NCBI GenBank assembly: GCA_016187745.1
Contig: JACPJC010000009.1
Coordinates: 1,118 to 65,117 of the forward strand
Direction of reading: 5' to 3'
From: Candidatus Iainarchaeum sp.
Lineage (GTDB): Archaea; Iainarchaeota; Iainarchaeia; Iainarchaeales; JAXPJC01
DNA: 64,000 nt
Under the pieces are notes generated by a model. That model was not told where the DNA came from and did no database searches. It worked only from the letters and a program-made list of their open reading frames with translations. Positions 57,773 through 64,000 of this stretch are shown here, one piece after another. Made by a program: the position numbers and the translations under genes. Within the stretch, counting starts at the first letter, position 1; the number at the start of each line of letters is the position of its first letter.

Positions 57773-58899
57773 GGGTGCTGATGATTGCAGGCAATTCCAA
57801 GGCTTCAGGAATTTTCACATACACTGCGGCCATTACAGAAGGCCTGCGCAAAAAGGGAATTGAAGTTGAGCTGAACAGCGCAAACGGCAGGAAATGCGAT
57901 TTGATACATGTGCAGAACTGCAGCCCGGAGAAATTCCTTCCAGCAATAGTGCAGAATTTCGGCACTCCGATAATAACAACAACCCAGATGACAGAAAGGG
58001 AGCTTGCCGGGCTTGTGCCAAATGCGCTTGCAAGGAGCGCAAGGCACTATCTGAATTTCGTTTACCGCTGCTCAGACAAAATAATCTGCTGCTCCGAGGC
58101 GGTTAAAAATGAGCTTGAGCCTAAGGCGCATATTTCGCACAAGCTGCTCTATCTCCCCCATCCTGTTGATTTGGAGCGCTTCCATCCCGATGAGAAGCTG
58201 GGCGCGGAATTCAGGAAAAAATATGCGATTCCAAAAAACAGGAAAATTGTCCTTTGCGTTGCAACTCTCCAGCAGAGAAAGGGCATATTTGAGTTCTGCA
58301 GGCTTGCAAAAATCCTTCCGCAGTATCAGTTTGTATGGGTCGGGAACATTCCGCAGGTATTTACGCTGAAGCGCAAGGAGGAAATTGAGAGCATGATGGC
58401 GGATAAAAAATCATGCGTATTGTTTACCGGCTTCCTTTCAGGGAAGGAGCTTCTTTCCGCCCTCAACTCCGCAGACCTCTTCCTTTTCCCAAGCCTTTCA
58501 GAAACCTTCGGGCTTGCAATAATCGAGGCAGCTGCCTGCGGCCTTCCTGTTCTGCTTAGGGACCTTCCGGTTTTCAGGATGTTTGAATTCGCTGAAAAAT
58601 TCAGCAATGAGGGGGAAATGCTGAAAAAGACGGTTAAAATCCTTGAGGATTCCCGCTTGAATAAAATGCTCAGGAAGAAATCCCTGCGCTGCGCTGAAAA
58701 ATTCAGCCTTGAAAACCACGCGGAAAGGCTGATTGGGATATACAGGCAGACGCTTTCGCAGAAAAGGCCAGTGTTCGGGATTTACTTCGACTTGTGGATG
58801 AGGAATATGGATGAATTAAGGGCAAGGATTTCTGACAGCAGGCAGCAGTTCAGCACTTATATTGAAAAAATGGATTCTTATTTCAGGGATGTGAAATGA
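57769..58899 (+). CDS. Glycosyltransferase family 4 (GT-B)
   Basis: RKG, DLFLFPSLSETFGLAIIEAAACGLPV. Confidence 0.92.
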   Translation: MRVLMIAGNSKASGIFTYTAAITEGLRKKGIEVELNSANGRKCDLIHVQNCSPEKFLPAIVQNFGTPIITTTQMTERELAGLVPNALARSARHYLNFVYRCSDKIICCSEAVKNELEPKAHISHKLLYLPHPVDLERFHPDEKLGAEFRKKYAIPKNRKIVLCVATLQQRKGIFEFCRLAKILPQYQFVWVGNIPQVFTLKRKEEIESMMADKKSCVLFTGFLSGKELLSALNSADLFLFPSLSETFGLAIIEAAACGLPVLLRDLPVFRMFEFAEKFSNEGEMLKKTVKILEDSRLNKMLRKKSLRCAEKFSLENHAERLIGIYRQTLSQKRPVFGIYFDLWMRNMDELRARISDSRQQFSTYIEKMDSYFRDVK

Positions 58900-59627
58900 G
58901 CTCGGCAATAAATAAGCGGCTTTGGAAAGGGGGAAGGTTCAGCAACTCCTATTATGCATACGCCGCAAGCAGAATTAAAAAAATACTCGCCCTTCTTCCT
59001 GAAAAGGGGAAGCTCCTTGATGTGGGCTGCGGCGACGGGGCAATAGCGCTGCTTGCAAAGCGGAAGGGTTTGGATGCGTATGGAATTGACATATCGGCAA
59101 ACAACATTGCGCGCGCAAAACTTAACGGAATTTCCGCAAAAACCTGCGACCTGAATTCCGGGAAAATTCCATTCCCCGCAAATATGTTTGATGCAGTTTA
59201 TTGCGGGGAAGTGCTGGAGCACACAGATTCCCCTGAAAGGGTAATAAGGGAAATAAGGCGCATCCTCAAGCGCAACGCGCTTCTTGTTGTTACTGTTCCA
59301 AATATTGCCGCATGGTACAACCGCATTCTCCTGCTTGCGGGATTTGTCCCCCATTGGGTGGAAGCCGGGAGCGAAAAGGCATATGGAACCCCCTTCGGGG
59401 TTATTTCCGGCCATACAAAGGCATTTACGAAGAGCGCAATTTCAGAGCTCATTTCCAGGAACGGCTTTGCAATTGAATCAGTGCAGGGCTCTGCAATAAA
59501 TCCCGAGCCGCACGCAACAAACCGCCCGGAGAAAGTCGGCTCAAAGCTGCTCTATGCCGCGGACAGGGCATTTTCCATCTATGCGCCGCTCTCGTCAAAT
59601 ATAATAATTGAAGCGAGGAAGAAATAA
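58896..59627 (+). CDS. Class I SAM-dependent methyltransferase
   Basis: LLDVGCGDG, GIDIS, EVLEH, TVPN. Confidence 0.9.
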   Translation: MSSAINKRLWKGGRFSNSYYAYAASRIKKILALLPEKGKLLDVGCGDGAIALLAKRKGLDAYGIDISANNIARAKLNGISAKTCDLNSGKIPFPANMFDAVYCGEVLEHTDSPERVIREIRRILKRNALLVVTVPNIAAWYNRILLLAGFVPHWVEAGSEKAYGTPFGVISGHTKAFTKSAISELISRNGFAIESVQGSAINPEPHATNRPEKVGSKLLYAADRAFSIYAPLSSNIIIEARKK

Positions 59628-59640
59628 TCGGAGGGAAAAG

Positions 59641-60561
59641 ATGAAAATAAGCATTATCGGTTCAGGGAATGTCGGGGCAACAGCCGCATGGCATCTTCTG
59701 CAGAAGGATTTTTCGGACATTGCAATTACGGATGTTGTTGCAGGGATTGCGGAGGGAAAGGCCCTTGATATGTCGCATGCGGCCGCACTTCTGGGATTAA
59801 AGCACAAAATTTCCGGCACTTCGGACATGTCCAGAATAAAAGATTCAGATATTGTTGTTATTACTGCAGGCCTTGCTCGCAAGCCTGGCATGACGCGCCT
59901 TGACCTCCTGCAGAAGAATGCGGAAATAGTGAAGGGAATCTGTGCAAGCATAAAAGAAAATGCCCCAAATTCAATTGTCATTGTTGTTACAAACCCGCTG
60001 GACATAATGACCTATTTGGCATTGAAAATTACAGGCTTCAGCGCAAAAAAAGTATTCGGCATGGCAGGGGTTCTGGATACCGCGCGCTTCAGGCACTACG
60101 CTTCAATTGCTTCAGACACGCCCTCTGATAAGATTGAAACAAACGTTCTCGGAAGCCATGGCGATTTGATGCTTCCGCTCCTTAATTATACAAAAATAAA
60201 CGGCAAGCCGATTTCCTCGGTCCTTTCCAAGGAGAAAATTGATGAGATTGTGGATAAAACGCGCAATGCGGGCGCGGAAGTTGTTGCGCTCCTCCAGACA
60301 GGCTCCGCATACTATGCGCCCGCCGCTTCCATTGCTGAAATGGCTGAGGCGATTGCAAGGGATTCAAAAAAGGCGCTTCCCACATGCGCATATCTGAATG
60401 GGGAATATGGGCTGAGCGATTTGTGCATCGGAGTTCCATGCGTTCTCGGAAAAGGCGGAATTGAAAAGATTGTTGAGCTTGAATTAAGCGCAGAGGAAAA
60501 ATCAATTATGCGCAAATGCGCCGAGGAAATAAAGCAGGGGATAAAAGAGCTGAATTTATGA
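59641..60561 (+). CDS. mdh: Malate dehydrogenase (LDH-like)
   Basis: IGSGNVG, AGLARKPGMTR (Arg specificity residue), VTNPLD, LDTAR, GSHGD. Confidence 0.92.
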   Translation: MKISIIGSGNVGATAAWHLLQKDFSDIAITDVVAGIAEGKALDMSHAAALLGLKHKISGTSDMSRIKDSDIVVITAGLARKPGMTRLDLLQKNAEIVKGICASIKENAPNSIVIVVTNPLDIMTYLALKITGFSAKKVFGMAGVLDTARFRHYASIASDTPSDKIETNVLGSHGDLMLPLLNYTKINGKPISSVLSKEKIDEIVDKTRNAGAEVVALLQTGSAYYAPAASIAEMAEAIARDSKKALPTCAYLNGEYGLSDLCIGVPCVLGKGGIEKIVELELSAEEKSIMRKCAEEIKQGIKELNL

Positions 60562-61085
60562 CAACGGAGTTTGAAACAAAGGTATTGGACATTGATGTTG
60601 CAGAGATTGAAAGAAAGCTGCTTGCCCTTGGCGCAAAAAGAGAGCCGGAAGTCCTGATGAAAAGATGGATTTTTGACATCGACCCTTCAAAGGATGAATG
60701 GATAAGATTGCGCGACAACGGGCACAAGACAACAATTACCTATAAGTGCAAAAGCGGCTCTGGAATTTCTGAAACAGAGGAAATGGAAGTGGAAGTAGGC
60801 AATTTTGAAAAGGCCGCGGAAATTCTCTCAAAATTGGAATTCAAAGGGAAATATTACCAGGAAAGCAAGAGAGTTCTCTTCAAATTCCGAGATATTGAAT
60901 TTACAATTGATACATGGCCGAAACTTCCTTCTTATTTGGAAATAGAATCGTCAAGCGAAGAGAGGGTAAAAGAAGGCCTGACTATGCTAAAGCTGCAAAA
61001 CAAAGATGTTGGCAATTTATCCATCAAGGGCATATACTCCAGATACGGGATAGACCTGCATTCGTTCAAAAGCATTAAATTCTGA
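60558..61085 (+). CDS. CYTH domain protein
   Basis: EFETK (ExExK), WIRLR, TYK, YLEIE. Confidence 0.88.
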   Translation: MTTEFETKVLDIDVAEIERKLLALGAKREPEVLMKRWIFDIDPSKDEWIRLRDNGHKTTITYKCKSGSGISETEEMEVEVGNFEKAAEILSKLEFKGKYYQESKRVLFKFRDIEFTIDTWPKLPSYLEIESSSEERVKEGLTMLKLQNKDVGNLSIKGIYSRYGIDLHSFKSIKF

Positions 61086-61092
61086 ATATAAT

Positions 61093-61164
61093 TGCGTCCG
61101 CGGGGATTCGAACCCCGGTCATAAGCTTGGGAAGCTCATATCCTAACCACTAGACTACGGACGC
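61093..61164 (-). tRNA. tRNA-Gly(CCC), no intron, CCA not encoded
   Basis: GCGTCCGTAGTCTAGTGGTTAGGATATGAGCTT-CCC-AAGCTTATGACCGGGGTTCGAATCCCCGCGGACGCA folds as a cloverleaf. Confidence 0.96.
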
Positions 61165-61196
61165 AATATACAAATAATATTGCTGATAGTTTTAAA

Positions 61197-61616
61197 TTAC
61201 TGCTTTTGCTTCTCTATTATTTGCTGCAGAGTTTGCTTGGCTTCGGAAACAATCAGCGGCTCTTTTATTGCATCTGGAAATTTCACTATAATACAATCAG
61301 GCAACTTGCCTTTCAGAATAAAAATAATGCTTCTGCTGGAGCCCATGAACAGAACATTCTTGTTTTTGTATTGCAGAACAGTAATTGGCGCAGGCAGAAC
61401 ATCCCGATATTTCTGCTTCATTATCCTTTTTGCATTTTCCAAATTGCATTCCTCAGAAGCAGCAACAAAAATCTCAGAAGGGTTGAGATTTTTTCGAGTT
61501 ATGGAAACATCCTTCGGCTTAAGTCCATACATGTTGAGAATTGTGTGAATTGATTTTCTCACCCTCTCTTTATCAATTTTCACATCCTTCAGCAATTTGT
61601 CAATTTCTGCAATCAT
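61197..61616 (-). CDS. Hypothetical protein, possibly a degenerate ParB/Srx-like fold
   Basis: PAPITV...VLFMGSSR resembles PI.V...DG.HR. Confidence 0.55.
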   Translation of the reverse strand: MIAEIDKLLKDVKIDKERVRKSIHTILNMYGLKPKDVSITRKNLNPSEIFVAASEECNLENAKRIMKQKYRDVLPAPITVLQYKNKNVLFMGSSRSIIFILKGKLPDCIIVKFPDAIKEPLIVSEAKQTLQQIIEKQKQ

Positions 61617-61618
61617 GC

Positions 61619-62785
61619 TTATAATTCCTTTACAACTTTTGCAATTCTCTCCATTCCCTTCTCAATGTCCTGCATGCTGCTTGCGTATGAGAAGCGCACG
61701 TGCCTGCTGCTTCCGAATGCCTCTCCAGGGACAACAGCAACATTTGCCTTCTCAAGCAGGAAAAGCGCAAAATCATTCGCGCTCCTTATTCTTTCACTGA
61801 ATATTCCGCTCACATCCGGGAACGCATAGAATGCGCCCTCAGGCATGCTGCAGTTTATCCCCTGAATTTCATTCAGCAATTCCACAATTGTTTTCCTTCT
61901 TTTATCAAATTCATTTACCATATGCGCAACAGAATCCTGATTTTCTGTAAGTGCGGCAACCGCGGCTTTCTGCGCAATGCTGTTCGGAGCGCTTGTAGTT
62001 TGCCCCTGGATGTTTGCGAGCGCCTTTGCGATTTCAGCCTCGCATGCACAATAGCCGATTCTCCAGCCAGTCATTGCATATGTTTTGGAAACCGCATTTA
62101 TTGTGATTGTGAGCTTTTTTATTTCATCATTGAATGAGGCAATGCTGCAATGCCTTGCGCCATCGTAAATGAATTTTTCATAAACCTCATCCGAAATTAC
62201 ATATAAGTTATGCGCAACCGCAAGCTCAGCAATTTTTTTAAGCTCGCTTTCATCAATTATTGCGCCTGAAGGATTGCATGGGGAGTTAAGCAAAATTGCC
62301 TTTGTTTTATCTGTTATTGCCTCTTCAACGGCATCCGCGCGCAGTTTGAATTTTTTGTCGGTTGGAATGATTTTTGCATTTGCGCCGCACAATCCGGCCA
62401 TTTCCAAGTAGCTTACCCAATACGGGCTTGCAATTATTATCTCATCATGCGCATTAAGCAAGGCAAGCATTGAATTATACAGAACCTGCTTCGCGCCATT
62501 GCAAATTACAATATTCTCTTTCGCATAATGCAAATTATTATCGCGCGCAAATTTAGCGCATATTGCTTCCCTCAGTTCGGGGATTCCTGCATCAGGGGTG
62601 TATTTTGTGAAGCCCGCATCAATCGCTTTCTTTGCCGCCTCTTTTATGTTTGAAGGCGTGTCAAAATCAGGCTCCCCAATTCCAAAGGCAATTACATCAA
62701 TGCCCTGTTTCTTGAGCTCCTGCACTTTTGCATTCACTGCAAGCGTGGCGCTCGGCTTTATGTTTTTCGCTTTTTCAGAAATCAT
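61619..62785 (-). CDS. aspC: Aspartate aminotransferase-like class I/II PLP enzyme
   Basis: GEPDFDTP, NSPCNPSG, SDEVYE, SKTYAMTGWRIG, PEGAFY. Confidence 0.9.
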   Translation of the reverse strand: MISEKAKNIKPSATLAVNAKVQELKKQGIDVIAFGIGEPDFDTPSNIKEAAKKAIDAGFTKYTPDAGIPELREAICAKFARDNNLHYAKENIVICNGAKQVLYNSMLALLNAHDEIIIASPYWVSYLEMAGLCGANAKIIPTDKKFKLRADAVEEAITDKTKAILLNSPCNPSGAIIDESELKKIAELAVAHNLYVISDEVYEKFIYDGARHCSIASFNDEIKKLTITINAVSKTYAMTGWRIGYCACEAEIAKALANIQGQTTSAPNSIAQKAAVAALTENQDSVAHMVNEFDKRRKTIVELLNEIQGINCSMPEGAFYAFPDVSGIFSERIRSANDFALFLLEKANVAVVPGEAFGSSRHVRFSYASSMQDIEKGMERIAKVVKEL

Positions 62786-62816
62786 AAATAAACAGCCCTG
62801 CAAAACCCTTTTATTC

Positions 62817-64000
62817 TTACCTTACCCTATGTATGAAGAATTCCTCGTTCGCATAAATTTTGTCCAGCGCATCAAATTCGAGGGGCTCATGCAGATAGCG
62901 CGTTTCAATAACATTCTCATTTAGCCATTTTGCGGGCGCAAAAATATAATCAATCCCGTATTTTTCCAATATTGAGTAATCCTTTGTGCGCAGGAAGCGC
63001 GCCGCATCATCGAGCTTCTCCTGCGGGGCGTATTCCACTGCAAGGTCCGCAAGGACTTTCCTCCTGCCGAAATATGTAATTGTATGCCCCAGCTGCTGGT
63101 CGGAAAGCACACTTGAGTCCTGCGCTGTGAATTCCGCAAGGAAGCCTGCTGCATTTGTTGCCTGTATCGGAGCTGAAAAGCCAGCAATAACAATAAGCGC
63201 GACTGCAATGCCAAGGGCAAACAATGCGCACAAGGCGCGCTGGGTGAATATTTCCTTTAATTTATCTTCAGGGAAGATTTCAGCAAGGAATGATGCGAAT
63301 AGAATTGCTGTAATTATGTTGAAGCGGTAGCTTATGAACAACTCTATAAGCACGCCAATTACAACAGCAATTGCGAGTTTTTTTGAGTATGCATTAAGTG
63401 CTAATTGCTTTTTTATTGCATCCGGCGCAAAGAACAGCAGGAAAAACACAATCAATGCAAGCAGGTCAATCAAAATCCCATACAATGGCATTCCCGTAAG
63501 ATATCCCCATTTCTCTGGCCTTGCCTGGGAGGGAATGCCTGCATTGAGCAGCACAGGGGCGAATAATGCAAGGGCAAATGCGCAGGCAATGGCAAATGAT
63601 TTTGCAAGCGCCCTTATCCGCGGCTTGCTGCAGACCATCCAATAGGCGAGCGGGAACATGATTAATAAGGGAGTCTGCACAAATGCTGCAAATCCTATCA
63701 GGATGCCGGGGAGTGCAAACCCCCTGTTTTTAATGAGCATTCCAATTCCGAGCAAGAATAATGCATATGAGAAAACATGCCTGACATTGAACATCAGGTC
63801 TGCCAGCATGAAGGCCGCGAAGCATGTCAGGATGAATGCGAGGATGCGCTTGTTGCGCTGCGGGAAGATTGCGGAGAAAAAGAAAAGCGCCGAAATAAGG
63901 AAGAATATTTTTGCAAATGCCGAGAGCAGGGCAAAATTCCCCGCGCCTTCCAACCCTGTGAGGAATGAAAACCCTGAATTGATAAAAAAGTAGCCGGACA
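62817..64000 (-). CDS. Multi-TM GT-C/STT3-like membrane protein, 5' end beyond the right edge
   Basis: Many TM helices, then VLSDQQLGHTITYFGRRKVLAD and LEKYGIDYIF, resembling an STT3-type soluble C-terminal domain. Confidence 0.6.
   Translation of the reverse strand, partial: SGYFFINSGFSFLTGLEGAGNFALLSAFAKIFFLISALFFFSAIFPQRNKRILAFILTCFAAFMLADLMFNVRHVFSYALFLLGIGMLIKNRGFALPGILIGFAAFVQTPLLIMFPLAYWMVCSKPRIRALAKSFAIACAFALALFAPVLLNAGIPSQARPEKWGYLTGMPLYGILIDLLALIVFFLLFFAPDAIKKQLALNAYSKKLAIAVVIGVLIELFISYRFNIITAILFASFLAEIFPEDKLKEIFTQRALCALFALGIAVALIVIAGFSAPIQATNAAGFLAEFTAQDSSVLSDQQLGHTITYFGRRKVLADLAVEYAPQEKLDDAARFLRTKDYSILEKYGIDYIFAPAKWLNENVIETRYLHEPLEFDALDKIYANEEFFIHRVR

Noticed and set aside
61093-61200. 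tRNA-Gly as an integration site
   Set aside because: No integrase and no duplicated tRNA 3' end seen in the window.

Overview
Archaeal chromosomal window. TBP, RpoF, Spt5, aL10/aP1, eL21/eL42, AglB and the AMP phosphorylase/R15P isomerase pair suggest a DPANN lineage such as Iainarchaeota (taxonomy inferred, not tested). From left to right it contains: (1) a minus-strand N-glycosylation/nucleotide-sugar locus (WbpA/B/D-like, GT2s, methyltransferase, B12 radical SAM, rmlA/B, four Cys-motif/GH-like lipoproteins, Alg13/Alg14/Alg7-like genes, aglB); (2) a stand-alone 5S rRNA, tbp and the rpl21e-rpoF-DUF655-(lemA-htpX)-ksgA cluster; (3) AMP phosphorylase and a pyrB-I-D-K-C-E-F operon; (4) a 2150-aa modular surface protein; (5) ftsZ-secE-spt5-rpl11-rpl1-rpl10-rpl12; (6) a TrmB regulator divergent from a non-canonical radical SAM gene; (7) a Lon-type protease, an apparently hinge-less SMC, rpl44e, mdh, tRNA-Gly(CCC) and an aminotransferase. 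The most striking signal is at the 3' end of the radical SAM gene (47193-47285). An A9 tract is followed by three 26-bp repeats, one in each reading frame, encoding CFNRA-Y, CFNRA-F and CFNRA-W, each followed by a different stop codon. Slippage by one base would switch the C-terminal aromatic residue without losing the motif. All product calls come from motif recognition only; no database searches were run.
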